64,000 nucleotides of DNA, taken from positions 9,161 to 73,160 of IMG/VR virus record IMGVR_UViG_3300043775_000410; one strand, given 5' to 3'. A program made the translations under genes and the position numbers. Source of the stretch: a virus (taxonomy: Duplodnaviria > Caudoviricetes). Shown here piece after piece: positions 26,062 to 36,020 of this stretch. Within the stretch, counting starts at the first letter, position 1; every line of letters begins with the position of its first letter. Under the pieces are notes generated by a model. It made no database searches, was not told the DNA's origin, and was given only the letters and a program-made list of their open reading frames with translations.

Positions 26062-27113
26062 TTAAATTAAGTGATTTTCATTACGAACGCGAACATAGTT
26101 TAGATAAATTATGTGCAGGCACATTAACTAGACAGGACTTCATTCTTGGAAAAGCAGTGCGCGATTTTGAAAGTAACTTTGCCGCTTATACACAAGCAGA
26201 ACACGCTGTTGCTGTAGGCAATTGCACAGACGCACTACGATTAAGTTTAGATGCAGTAGGTGTTAAGCCCGGCGACAATGTTATTACTGTAGGACTTACT
26301 TGGTTAAGCTCATACGAAGTTATTGCTAACTTAGGTGCAGAGATACGCTTGGTTGATGTTGACCAATATCTAACAATGAACATGGATGATGCATTAAATG
26401 CTGTTGATAGTCGTACTAAAGCTATTATCGGAGTTGATCTGTTTGGTCAACCCTGCGATTGGGATAGAGTTAAATTTCCAGTGGCTACTATCAGTGATGC
26501 AGCGCAGGCTACAGGTGCAAAATATAATGATCGCATGGTTGGTAGTGTCACTGACTTAACCTGCTTTAGTTTCTACCCTACTAAGAATTTAGGCTGTCTT
26601 GGTGATGGCGGTGCTGTTACTACTAATAATGCAGACTATGCTGCCACTATCAAAAAGCTACGCAATCACGGACAAGAAAGTAAGTTTAATGTTAGTCATG
26701 TAGGATATAACAGTCGGTTAGATAGCATACAAGCAGAATTACTTGATAACAAGTTACCACATTTAGATAAGTGGAACATTCGTCGTAGAGAAATATCTGC
26801 GTACTATGATGAACAATTTAAAGATCTATTTGATATTATTCCGCAACGTCCTAATTCCTACAATGTACGACATCAATATATTGTGTTAAGTGATCAATCA
26901 GAAAGAATTGAAGCTGCACTCAAAGCTAACGATATTGAATCACGTAGATATTACAGCAATCTTGCATACAAGCAACCTGCATATAATGTTAATGTTTCGT
27001 TGCCTAATACAGAATATTACAGTCGAATGAATTTAGCAATACCCACACATCAGTTTCTATTAGACAGCGAAGTTGAATTAATTGCTGACATTGTTAAAAG
27101 AGAACTCAAATGA
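26058..27113 (+). CDS. DegT/DnrJ/EryC1/StrS sugar aminotransferase
   Basis: NCTDAL, DAAQA.GA, FSFYPTKNLG..GDGG, GYNSRLD. Confidence 0.93.
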   Translation: MIKLSDFHYEREHSLDKLCAGTLTRQDFILGKAVRDFESNFAAYTQAEHAVAVGNCTDALRLSLDAVGVKPGDNVITVGLTWLSSYEVIANLGAEIRLVDVDQYLTMNMDDALNAVDSRTKAIIGVDLFGQPCDWDRVKFPVATISDAAQATGAKYNDRMVGSVTDLTCFSFYPTKNLGCLGDGGAVTTNNADYAATIKKLRNHGQESKFNVSHVGYNSRLDSIQAELLDNKLPHLDKWNIRRREISAYYDEQFKDLFDIIPQRPNSYNVRHQYIVLSDQSERIEAALKANDIESRRYYSNLAYKQPAYNVNVSLPNTEYYSRMNLAIPTHQFLLDSEVELIADIVKRELK

Positions 27114-27973
27114 AATTAGGCATAGCAGGTGCAGGTTATTGGGGTAGCAAAATTGTTAATAGTGCTAGTAATCAGGCTATTATTGTTATCATGGATATTA
27201 AACACGGTGACAGTTGGCAAAATAAAACATTAGATGCTGTTATTATTGCTACACCCGCTGATCAACATTATGCAATGACTAAATGGTATCTCGAACAGGG
27301 TATTCATGTGCTATGCGAAAAGCCCACCTGTATGAGTGTAGTAGAACAACAGGAATTAAATGATCTAGCTAGATCACAAAATCTAGTCTATCAAGCAGGA
27401 CATATTCTTTTATTCCAACCAAACATAGAATATGTGTTAAATCTAGTGTCATCTCTAACAGTACGTCATATAGAAAGTCGTCGGCTTAATTGGGGTAGAC
27501 TACAGACTAATATAGATCTTGCGTGGCATCTTGCTCCGCACGATATTAGTGTAATTGACAAGTTGACTAACAGCTTACCAATGGCTATCAATGGAATTGG
27601 TTCACATCTGAATAACAGTCCACAATATGATTATGCACAATTTGGATTGACATATCCCAACAATTCTGCTACAATAACGTTAGGATGGCATTGGCCCAAG
27701 AAGGTTAGAGAATTTGTTATTACCTGCGATGACTGCCAGATATGGTTAGATGACACAGAGTTACACATTACCGAAGGTAGTTATGCCAATGGTAATCTTA
27801 GTGAAACAAAAATATCAACTGTGAACTTTAGTCCTAAACAGTCTCCGTTAGAAGCGCAGATTCAAGACTTTATGCGGTGTGTAGACACTGGCAATAGACC
27901 TCGAGCAGACATGGATCATATGTTAAGAGTAACACAAACAGTAGAGTTAATGTCAAGGAAATTAAATGTATAA
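27110..27973 (+). CDS. Gfo/Idh/MocA oxidoreductase (WlbA/GnnA-like sugar dehydrogenase)
   Basis: GAGYWG, IATP...H, HVLCEKP, LAPHD. Confidence 0.88.
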   Translation: MKLGIAGAGYWGSKIVNSASNQAIIVIMDIKHGDSWQNKTLDAVIIATPADQHYAMTKWYLEQGIHVLCEKPTCMSVVEQQELNDLARSQNLVYQAGHILLFQPNIEYVLNLVSSLTVRHIESRRLNWGRLQTNIDLAWHLAPHDISVIDKLTNSLPMAINGIGSHLNNSPQYDYAQFGLTYPNNSATITLGWHWPKKVREFVITCDDCQIWLDDTELHITEGSYANGNLSETKISTVNFSPKQSPLEAQIQDFMRCVDTGNRPRADMDHMLRVTQTVELMSRKLNV

Positions 27974-28607
27974 ACGTATTTTAGCAGTAGGCGCACACCC
28001 AGATGATATTGAATTAGGTTGCTTGGGTACGCTATTAAAATTCCGTGATCAAGGTGCAGAATTTGATATTGTAGTAGCTCGCAACGATAATGTTCCACGT
28101 CCAAGTGTATGGCGAGATAAGGATATGATGATTGCTGAATATTCAGCAAGTGAACTGGTCATTGGCACTAAGTTTACTTTCCTTAATAATCGTTTAGATG
28201 CAACAGGTCGCCCTGTACTAGAATGGGACAGTGCCACAGTAGAACAACTTGATACTTATATGCAGGGTAAAGAGTACGATTTAGTTATTACACATAGTCC
28301 AGGCGATCACCATCAAGATCATGTGAATACATTCCATATTGTTAATAGTAGCCTACGTCGTTACCAAGGTGAATTGTGGTGCATGGAAGGCGGACCATAT
28401 ACCAATCGTAACAAAGAATTTGTGCCTAATATATTTGTAGACATTGCTCCGTACATTGATACAAAGATTGCTGCTATTCAATGCTATGGTAGTTACTTTA
28501 GTGATACATTATTGCATAATATCAAAGGTCAGGCCGCACTACGTGGACAGATGTTAGGCAGTACCTATGCAGAATCTTTCGAAGTTCGCTATCGTTGCAT
28601 TAAATGA
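27966..28607 (+). CDS. PIG-L/LmbE family N-acetylsugar deacetylase
   Basis: AHPDDIELG, THS..DHHQDH, AESF. Confidence 0.88.
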   Translation: MYKRILAVGAHPDDIELGCLGTLLKFRDQGAEFDIVVARNDNVPRPSVWRDKDMMIAEYSASELVIGTKFTFLNNRLDATGRPVLEWDSATVEQLDTYMQGKEYDLVITHSPGDHHQDHVNTFHIVNSSLRRYQGELWCMEGGPYTNRNKEFVPNIFVDIAPYIDTKIAAIQCYGSYFSDTLLHNIKGQAALRGQMLGSTYAESFEVRYRCIK

Positions 28608-29662
28608 TCAAGCTATTTCAATTAGATCGTATCTGGTCTGAAATCAGACATGATGCCCTTGCTAACATGGATCTAGTTGCTAGTCAAGGATGGGCTCAAA
28701 AAGGTCCTAGCACTTTAGCGTTAGAGCAGTGGTTATGCGATTATAGTGGTCGCAAGCATGCTATCACAGTTGCTAGCTGTACAGACGCCTTACGTTGCAT
28801 TTTAGAGTACCATTTCCCTGAAGAATCTCTTATAGGTGTACCTAGCTATACATTTATTGCCACAGTTAATGCCATCGAACGAGCCGGACTAGTTCCTATA
28901 TTCCTTGATGTGGATGCTAACTATCATGTAAAACTAAATGACATTGGCGGATTAAATGGTATTGTAGGTGTTGACCTGTTTGGACTAGCACAAGATTATG
29001 ATAAGATAGCCGACCTAGACATTCCGTTTGTTATGGATGCAGCACAAAGCATAGAAACGTTCGATGGGCAAGGTCGTAATAGTCTTGCCCAGGGCATAGC
29101 TAGTGCAGTTAGCTTTAGTCCAACAAAAACAATTCCGGCATTTGGCAGTGGCGGTGCAATACTAACAGATGATGATGAATTTGCTGTGTGGGCACGTAAG
29201 TGGCGCACACATGGTAAGAATGTCAACAGCGATGTTGCAATTACTGCCGGAGCTAATAGTATGATGAGCAGTCTAGAAGCAGCACAGGTGTTGTGTTGTG
29301 TCAATCATCATCAACAATGGCGTGATCGTAGACAAGCCATAGCAGAAGAGTTTATAATAAACATTACTAGTGATAGATTAATTGCTCCGACTACTAGAGG
29401 TCAACATACCTGGCATAAATTTATTATTCGATGCTCAGATCTAGAAGTTAGACAGCAACTAAGAGATCATTTAACAGCCCACGGTGTTGACAGTCAAGTA
29501 TACTATCAACCACTAGTACATGAAGAAGAATTATATCTGTGTGATGTTGTATTACATAATAGCACATGGTTAAGTGAACGTAGTCTTGGAATACCCTGTC
29601 AACACACATTAACCGATGAAGAAATTAAAACTATCACTAACGCATTAAGGACATTCAAATGA
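28604..29662 (+). CDS. DegT-family sugar aminotransferase (second full-length copy)
   Basis: SCTDAL, TFIAT, DAAQS, SFSPTK, GSGG. Confidence 0.9.
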   Translation: MIKLFQLDRIWSEIRHDALANMDLVASQGWAQKGPSTLALEQWLCDYSGRKHAITVASCTDALRCILEYHFPEESLIGVPSYTFIATVNAIERAGLVPIFLDVDANYHVKLNDIGGLNGIVGVDLFGLAQDYDKIADLDIPFVMDAAQSIETFDGQGRNSLAQGIASAVSFSPTKTIPAFGSGGAILTDDDEFAVWARKWRTHGKNVNSDVAITAGANSMMSSLEAAQVLCCVNHHQQWRDRRQAIAEEFIINITSDRLIAPTTRGQHTWHKFIIRCSDLEVRQQLRDHLTAHGVDSQVYYQPLVHEEELYLCDVVLHNSTWLSERSLGIPCQHTLTDEEIKTITNALRTFK

Positions 29663-30645
29663 AAATATTAATTTTAGGCGGACACGGCTTTATTGGTAGT
29701 CATACCAGCAGTAAACTTAAGGCACTAGGACACACAATTGGAGTAGTTGACTGCTATCATCAATACTATACATTTCCAGATTGGGAATATAACCCTGTAT
29801 TAGCACAGCGCATTGCACTAGCCAATGCTGATCAGGTATTTAAAGGACGTATTGAAGATCAGTTGTTTATTAACAGTGTGTTCAATGATTTTAAACCAGA
29901 TGTTGTTATTCATGTGGCAACATATCCTAATGCTAAGATGGTGCATCGCAATCCAGTAGATGCCGCTAACAACATGGTTAGTGCTACTGCTAACATATTA
30001 TTAAATTGTACACAACATCACGTTAAACGGCTTGTATTTGCGTCTAGCAGTATGGTCTACGGTGAATTTAAAACTGCTGCGCCAGATGAAACTGCTGACT
30101 GTGATCCATTAACCCTATACGGTAGTTACAAATTGCAAGGTGAACGTATGGTTAAGATCTGGGCACAGGATCATGACTTAGAATATGTTATTATGCGTCC
30201 AAGTGCTTTGTATGGTACACGCGATATGGTAGTACGTGTTATAAGTCAAATGGCCGCTGGGTCATTACGTAATGGCGCTATCACAGTACAGGGTCCAGAT
30301 AATCGATTAGATTTTAGTTTTGTAGAAGATGTTGCAGGGTATTTTACCGAAGCCGCATTGAATCCGGCAGCAGTTAATCAAATCTTTAACTGTACACGTG
30401 GTCGTGGTCGCACTATTTTAGAAGCCGCGGAACTTGTACAACAAAGATTAGGTGGTAAAATTATAATTAAACCACATGATGCATTTTATCCTAATCGCGA
30501 TACACTCAATAGCGATAAGATTAAACAGATGTTAGATTATCAACCTGTATGGGATATTGAACAAGGTATTCCTGCTTACCTTGATTGGTTGTTAGAACAA
30601 AAATTTATTGATCAACTTCGGGATACAATTCCGCAAACTGTTTAG
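29659..30645 (+). CDS. NAD-dependent NDP-sugar epimerase/dehydratase (second copy)
   Basis: GGHGFIG, SSSMVYG, YGSYK, DFSFVED. Confidence 0.9.
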   Translation: MKILILGGHGFIGSHTSSKLKALGHTIGVVDCYHQYYTFPDWEYNPVLAQRIALANADQVFKGRIEDQLFINSVFNDFKPDVVIHVATYPNAKMVHRNPVDAANNMVSATANILLNCTQHHVKRLVFASSSMVYGEFKTAAPDETADCDPLTLYGSYKLQGERMVKIWAQDHDLEYVIMRPSALYGTRDMVVRVISQMAAGSLRNGAITVQGPDNRLDFSFVEDVAGYFTEAALNPAAVNQIFNCTRGRGRTILEAAELVQQRLGGKIIIKPHDAFYPNRDTLNSDKIKQMLDYQPVWDIEQGIPAYLDWLLEQKFIDQLRDTIPQTV

Positions 30646-33013
30646 CTAGCCATTCCCATCTAAATGCTTGTTTAAGTGTTTGGTGGGAATTTTTATTGGC
30701 TGAATAAAAGGTAACACCATCATTGGCACCCTTTAATACCCATTCGGCATTAGGTCCACGGGCTGTAGTTGTCCATGTATGTAGTCTATGTTTGGTTTCT
30801 ATACAATTAGTTTCTTCATATATTTGTGCAAGTTTTGCACATTCTCTAAACGCACTGCGCCAGGCTTGATACGGAGTTGCGCCTATATGTGCAATAGCAC
30901 TTAGTTTAGGTATAACAGCATGTGGTGCACTCATAGTATAATCAATACCAAATTCAGTCACAGTCTTGACAAGGTTAACATTATATAATATAACTCCTGC
31001 GTAACCATACTCTAGTCCATTGGCTTCATTGTGTGCGTAGAATATATAGTGTTTAGGCAATTGAAAGTAATCGGGACTAAAATCAAATTCAAACTCAGGA
31101 TGTATTTCTGTTTTAGCGAAAACAGCATAGTACCATTCAGTTTCGCTTAATTCAGCTGCCGCACGTAGAGCATTTTCCATTCCTTCTACACCATGCAGTC
31201 TTTTGGCATTTGGATATTTACTACCTAGTTTAGCCCAGTTGGCATCAGCTTCAACTTCATCGTAACTGATAAAAATAATATCCTGTTGAGGACTGTAAAA
31301 TGTTGGCATTTTATCAATATATGGATAATCGTATACTTGTGTACTAATATAGTTTTTGGCCTCTCTTGGCGCCAAAACATAGCTATTATCAGGTGTAAAC
31401 GAGACGATTTTCTTATCTTTTGCATACCAAATGCTAGGGTTATACACTATACCACGATCTTGTTTACAAAACCAAGTATAAGGATGTTTAAACTCGTGTT
31501 CATTGACCACTGTGATTAAGTTATCTCCTTGAAAGGTATGCACAGGCATAGGTAGTCGTGGCACACGCTGTTCTTCGCAGTAGTTAATTACATTGAACCA
31601 ATCTAATAGCTCAAGTTCAACCATCTGCTGTTTAAATGATTCGACGTGTATATAGAACGTATCGCCACGAGCTTGATTGGCACTAGGGAACACGTGTATC
31701 ATTTCTTTTTGCCACGGTTCGGGTTGCCAACTAAAATCAAAGCGAGCATAGTCACAAAGACTACTGATTATCCATACATGTTCTGTTGAGGCTGTTGCCA
31801 TGATACGTTTAAAGGTATCAAGGTAGTTGTCAACATAACGAGTTGATTTGATATCAGTATGTTTCTTTTGTAGTTGTTCAAGTTGATCGTTAGCATTACC
31901 GTGATCTACAAAGTAAATGTCATGTAGGTCATCGGGAATATACACGGGTTGGTCTGTGACAAAATGCAAATTAGGAAACTCTTCTAGACTCCGGGCCCAA
32001 CTACTACAGCGAGTAAATTCACTCCGATTAATCAAATAGGTATCGCTCCACTTTTGATGTTGTGATCCAAACACATGCATCATATGTCCTTGCCAAGGTT
32101 CGGCGTGCCAACTAAAGTCGAAGTCTGTATAAATGTTTTCACTACTGACTATCCAGAACTTACTAGTCTTACTACGTGTAACACAACGAGCAATAGTATC
32201 CATCATTGAATTAGCATAGCGTATCTTTTGTGCTTGCGGATATACATCTACCAACAGTTCGTAGCGTACAGCTGCACTAGCATTACTTTTGTCAATAAAG
32301 AATATGTCTAAGACCTGTATAGCATTGCCTGTTTTACTAGGCATCATGTCTAGGAATTTAATGTCAGTGGCACCTAGCACTGTATAAGTCAGTCCACTGC
32401 TGACCTGAAACTCTGAACTAAAATGATAGATGTAAGGAGGATGGTCAGGATCGGGCCGCCAAGTAAAATCAATGTCATCGGCATTAATTTCCTCTGGTAC
32501 AGTCCATAATTCTAAATGTGGATTAAACGCTGCTGTAAAGTCGTATAGGTATTTTACTTCTGCGGCGCCCGGTACGCAGTACTGTGGACCATCTACTCGC
32601 TCACGGCCCCACTTAACTGGAAACTGATAGATGTAAGGAGGATCTAATGGATCCGGTGCCCAACGTTGATCTACACTAGCAGGGTCACAGTCACGATAAT
32701 CCCAATAATCTAAGTTAGGTAGTCGATGTGTGTAAGTATCAGTGTGGAAATTGTGTACACCTTGTTCTAGGGTGTGCTTGTTAGCAAAGTAGGTACCACC
32801 ATCAACTTGCCATTGATTTGGCCATGTGTGTATTTGATGTTGTTCCCAAGGCACCGATTGAAAGTTAAAATCAAATCCAGTGTAATCATTTTGTCCATCA
32901 ACAAACCAAAAGAACTTGGTACAACTTAAACTAGCAGCTTCTGCTAATGTATCGGCCGGTAGTTCAAATGGAAATAGATTGGGCTTTGTGCCCTTGTAAA
33001 ATACATCAAACAT
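30605..33013 (-). CDS. 802-aa protein with tandem degenerate GT-A-like repeats
   Basis: Recurrent FDF.W..EPW....H.F units; C-terminal domain FISYDE...AWRSAFRECAKL is paralogous to 47326..48222. Confidence 0.7.
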   Translation of the reverse strand: MFDVFYKGTKPNLFPFELPADTLAEAASLSCTKFFWFVDGQNDYTGFDFNFQSVPWEQHQIHTWPNQWQVDGGTYFANKHTLEQGVHNFHTDTYTHRLPNLDYWDYRDCDPASVDQRWAPDPLDPPYIYQFPVKWGRERVDGPQYCVPGAAEVKYLYDFTAAFNPHLELWTVPEEINADDIDFTWRPDPDHPPYIYHFSSEFQVSSGLTYTVLGATDIKFLDMMPSKTGNAIQVLDIFFIDKSNASAAVRYELLVDVYPQAQKIRYANSMMDTIARCVTRSKTSKFWIVSSENIYTDFDFSWHAEPWQGHMMHVFGSQHQKWSDTYLINRSEFTRCSSWARSLEEFPNLHFVTDQPVYIPDDLHDIYFVDHGNANDQLEQLQKKHTDIKSTRYVDNYLDTFKRIMATASTEHVWIISSLCDYARFDFSWQPEPWQKEMIHVFPSANQARGDTFYIHVESFKQQMVELELLDWFNVINYCEEQRVPRLPMPVHTFQGDNLITVVNEHEFKHPYTWFCKQDRGIVYNPSIWYAKDKKIVSFTPDNSYVLAPREAKNYISTQVYDYPYIDKMPTFYSPQQDIIFISYDEVEADANWAKLGSKYPNAKRLHGVEGMENALRAAAELSETEWYYAVFAKTEIHPEFEFDFSPDYFQLPKHYIFYAHNEANGLEYGYAGVILYNVNLVKTVTEFGIDYTMSAPHAVIPKLSAIAHIGATPYQAWRSAFRECAKLAQIYEETNCIETKHRLHTWTTTARGPNAEWVLKGANDGVTFYSANKNSHQTLKQAFRWEWLAKQFAELYPEVDQ

Positions 33014-33428
33014 CTAATTTAGTTACTTCCACACCCGAGTTCTTAAGGAAAACAATTCCGCTATCATCGCGATAGTTAGTGGCGTAGTAAACTCTACGTA
33101 TACCGGCTTGGTATATGAGCTTGGCACAATCAAGGCAAGGACTATGTGTAACAAACAAGTCAGCATCTAGTCCAGACTCGACACTTCTCGCCAGTTTTGC
33201 AATTGCGTTTGTTTCTGCATGTAACACCTCCGGCTTAGTTTTAATCGTGCCATCCTCTAGTTCCTGTTCGCAGTTGTTGTCCCAACCTTTGGGCATACCG
33301 TTGTAGCCAATTGAGATAATCCTGTCATCTTTAACAACAAGTGCGCCCACTTTAAGTCTACGGGCTGTGCTTAGTTCAGCGTAGATATGTGCGGCCTGCA
33401 TGTGTGCTGTTTGATGTTTAGGTTTCAT
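33006..33428 (-). CDS. dCMP deaminase
   Basis: GYNG.P, HAETNAI, SPCLDCAK. Confidence 0.93.
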   Translation of the reverse strand: MKPKHQTAHMQAAHIYAELSTARRLKVGALVVKDDRIISIGYNGMPKGWDNNCEQELEDGTIKTKPEVLHAETNAIAKLARSVESGLDADLFVTHSPCLDCAKLIYQAGIRRVYYATNYRDDSGIVFLKNSGVEVTKLDV

Positions 33429-33819
33429 TTATATCCTTGGCAATAATAGCTGCCCAACGATCTGCATCTTGTTCTGTTACACGTATATCATAATGCTCGG
33501 GTGGATTGAATACTTTGTTGGTATCTTCAAATCGTCCCATTTTAATTGTGTCTACCCATACAGTATAATCAGCATCAAAAATGTCGCGTATTTCTTTAGT
33601 TGGTGCTACAAAATCACATATAACATGACCGGTACTGTCATCGGCTAATTTTCTCATACGGTCAGCCTGACGCAATCTACCCTCAGCTGAAAAGTCCCAA
33701 TCATTATGCTTTTTTCTGACAGCATCGGCATTGAACCAAACACAGTCTAATAGATTTAATAAGGCATGCGCTAGAGTTGTTTTACCGGAGCCAGGTAAGC
33801 CACAAATTAATATTTTCAT
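33418..33819 (-). CDS. Adenylylsulfate kinase-like P-loop kinase (short)
   Basis: GLPGSGKT, NADAVR, DFS..GR.RQ. Confidence 0.75.
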   Translation of the reverse strand: MKILICGLPGSGKTTLAHALLNLLDCVWFNADAVRKKHNDWDFSAEGRLRQADRMRKLADDSTGHVICDFVAPTKEIRDIFDADYTVWVDTIKMGRFEDTNKVFNPPEHYDIRVTEQDADRWAAIIAKDINET

Positions 33820-35309
33820 GATATTACTCGAACTCCGTATAACTGCTCAAAGCGGTCAGCATCTGCACGATCATTTACCATAGGCTCACCTCTAATGTTT
33901 AAACTTGTATTAAGTAACATTGGACATCCTGTCCACGTATACCATAAACATAATAGTTCACGTATACCACTGCCATCTCTAGGCACAGTCTGTACACGAC
34001 TAGTACCATCTACATGTATTATAGCAGGAAATTCATCAGGGCGCAAGCACTTTGCAGTGGTCTGCATGTATCTGCTTGTGGCAAATCCGTTGGGCATTTC
34101 AAAATACTCATCAACAAACTCTTCAAGTATTATAGGAGCAAAGGGTCTAAACTTTTGTCTACGCTTAATTTGATTAACAGCATCCTTAATATCAGCACCT
34201 CGTGGGTCAGCTAACAAACTACGATTACCCAATGCTCTAGGACCAAACTCCGCACGACCGCTAGCAACGCCAACAATCTTGTTGGTCATTAGTTCGGAGA
34301 CAACATCGGTGCAAGGATAAGGGCCACTAATATTATGGCCAAGAAAAGCATTATTCCAATTAAGTCGACCCCCGTGTGCCAAGGCCGCCGCTCCAAGGCT
34401 GCTACCAGCATCACCAGGATTAGGCATAATCCATATTTCATCAAAGTATTCTCCTAAATCTCTATTAGCACTACAATTAAGAGCAACACCACCCGAGTAG
34501 ACTAAATTACTGTTGGGTGCTAGCTTCTTTGCCTTGTACATAATATTATGTATCAATTGTTCAGTTAATGTCTGTGCCGCACTAGCAATTTCAAAGTCAT
34601 TCCAACGAGCTCGCATGTCATTATCAGGTAGACCAACATGTAGATTGTGTTTTAATGTTAGATCAAACTCGTGATCAACTAGCCATGTTGAAAGCTCATC
34701 ACTTAAATGTTTTGTATTTTGTTTTGCCCACCCAGCCATGCCCATTAAGATGTATTCTTCATCTAAGGGTTTAAGTCCAACTTCTTTAGTAAACGCACTG
34801 TACATTAAGCCAATGCTGTGTGGGTATAGTTGTCGCCATACTCTAGTGTATTCGGCTCGACCATTAACATACTCGGCTTTCCAAATACTAATAGTATCCC
34901 ACTCGCCGATAGCATCAATTACCACAACTGTAGCACTATCGAATGGACTAGTTTGAAAACCGGCTGCCGCGTGACTTAAATGATGATTGTATGTTTTAAT
35001 TGGAATAGAACTGCTTAACCACGGAGCAGCTTTGGTTATCATGTTGCGCACACTCCAACCTTTAGTCAGCTCACTGTATTGACCTGCGTAGAGTTGGCGT
35101 GTCTTTTTAACCCAAGGTCTTTCATAGTAGGCAATTAGATCAGGTTCGCCATGATTGAATACGCAATCTTTAAGCAGTTCGCTGTTTAAGTTGGGGTCGT
35201 GTTTAATTTTGCTGTAACGTTCAGCATGCCCTGCAAAGACAATGTCATTGCCTTTGATTAATGTAATTGCTGCGTCATGAAACCCAGCCGAGATGCCTAA
35301 TATATTCAT
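33816..35309 (-). CDS. NodU/CmcH/TobZ-family O-carbamoyltransferase
   Basis: HDAA, ERYSKIKH, HHLSHAA, GGVALNC, EFGPRALGNRS, RPFAP, HVDGTSR.Q, NTSLN..GEP. Confidence 0.95.
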   Translation of the reverse strand: MNILGISAGFHDAAITLIKGNDIVFAGHAERYSKIKHDPNLNSELLKDCVFNHGEPDLIAYYERPWVKKTRQLYAGQYSELTKGWSVRNMITKAAPWLSSSIPIKTYNHHLSHAAAGFQTSPFDSATVVVIDAIGEWDTISIWKAEYVNGRAEYTRVWRQLYPHSIGLMYSAFTKEVGLKPLDEEYILMGMAGWAKQNTKHLSDELSTWLVDHEFDLTLKHNLHVGLPDNDMRARWNDFEIASAAQTLTEQLIHNIMYKAKKLAPNSNLVYSGGVALNCSANRDLGEYFDEIWIMPNPGDAGSSLGAAALAHGGRLNWNNAFLGHNISGPYPCTDVVSELMTNKIVGVASGRAEFGPRALGNRSLLADPRGADIKDAVNQIKRRQKFRPFAPIILEEFVDEYFEMPNGFATSRYMQTTAKCLRPDEFPAIIHVDGTSRVQTVPRDGSGIRELLCLWYTWTGCPMLLNTSLNIRGEPMVNDRADADRFEQLYGVRVIS

Positions 35310-35919
35310 AAATTTTATCCGCTACTATTGTATGCCCTGCTGCTAAGAAGTGTCCGTTTGGACCTTTTGGTGTGCCATAGGTCCAATCTGTCATATTATC
35401 TTTGAGCCACCCAATATAATATCTATCATCAACCCGATCAATCATTTGACTAATATGCGTATCATTTTTAAAATACGTAAAATTATTACCAAATGAATCT
35501 AACATTATATATTTTTTATTTTGTTGTTGTAGGAAATTTTGTACTAATCTAATGTTAATTAAGTATTGGCTATATAAGTAATTATCCGAGTGATATTTGT
35601 TTAGATACTGCATTAACTCTGTTCTATAGGCTATGTCACCTGTGAACATAACTCCGCGATGACCTGGCCATGTATCATATACCCCATGTTGATCAGCAAA
35701 TTCGATACGGGCAAAATGACTCCATGCAATAATGATTAAATCATACTCTGATGCATGCTCTACTACATTCCTAACCATGCTGGTATTACCTGTGGCAGGT
35801 TTTCCTAGATTAGTTAACTCACAGGATAATTTATTTTGCAATATATGCGGCCATGCCTGTGTAATATCAGGTAGTTCGTCGCCGTAGGTAAAGCTATCGC
35901 CAACAGTTAATATACGCAT
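35275..35919 (-). CDS. SGNH/GDSL-like protein
   Basis: VGDSFTYG, GN, GHF...GH. Confidence 0.75.
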   Translation of the reverse strand: MRILTVGDSFTYGDELPDITQAWPHILQNKLSCELTNLGKPATGNTSMVRNVVEHASEYDLIIIAWSHFARIEFADQHGVYDTWPGHRGVMFTGDIAYRTELMQYLNKYHSDNYLYSQYLINIRLVQNFLQQQNKKYIMLDSFGNNFTYFKNDTHISQMIDRVDDRYYIGWLKDNMTDWTYGTPKGPNGHFLAAGHTIVADKIYEYIRHLGWVS

Positions 35920-36020
35920 TATTTGTAGATAAATGGATCACGCTTGCGTAATTCTTTTAATTTTTTACGATAGTTTATTTCTAATTTAATTCTGCGGTAT
36001 AAATTCATTAACCAATTCAT
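35919..36020 (-). CDS. 33-aa basic peptide ending DPFIYK (not in ORF track)
   Basis: MNWLMNLYRRIKLEINYRKKLKELRKRDPFIYK; AAGGAG RBS; TAATG overlap with the next gene. Confidence 0.65.
   Translation of the reverse strand: MNWLMNLYRRIKLEINYRKKLKELRKRDPFIYK

Noticed and set aside
33418-33819. Sulfate-assimilation auxiliary metabolic gene (cysC)
   Set aside because: Short and without a recognisable ATP sulfurylase or sulfotransferase in the window; substrate left open
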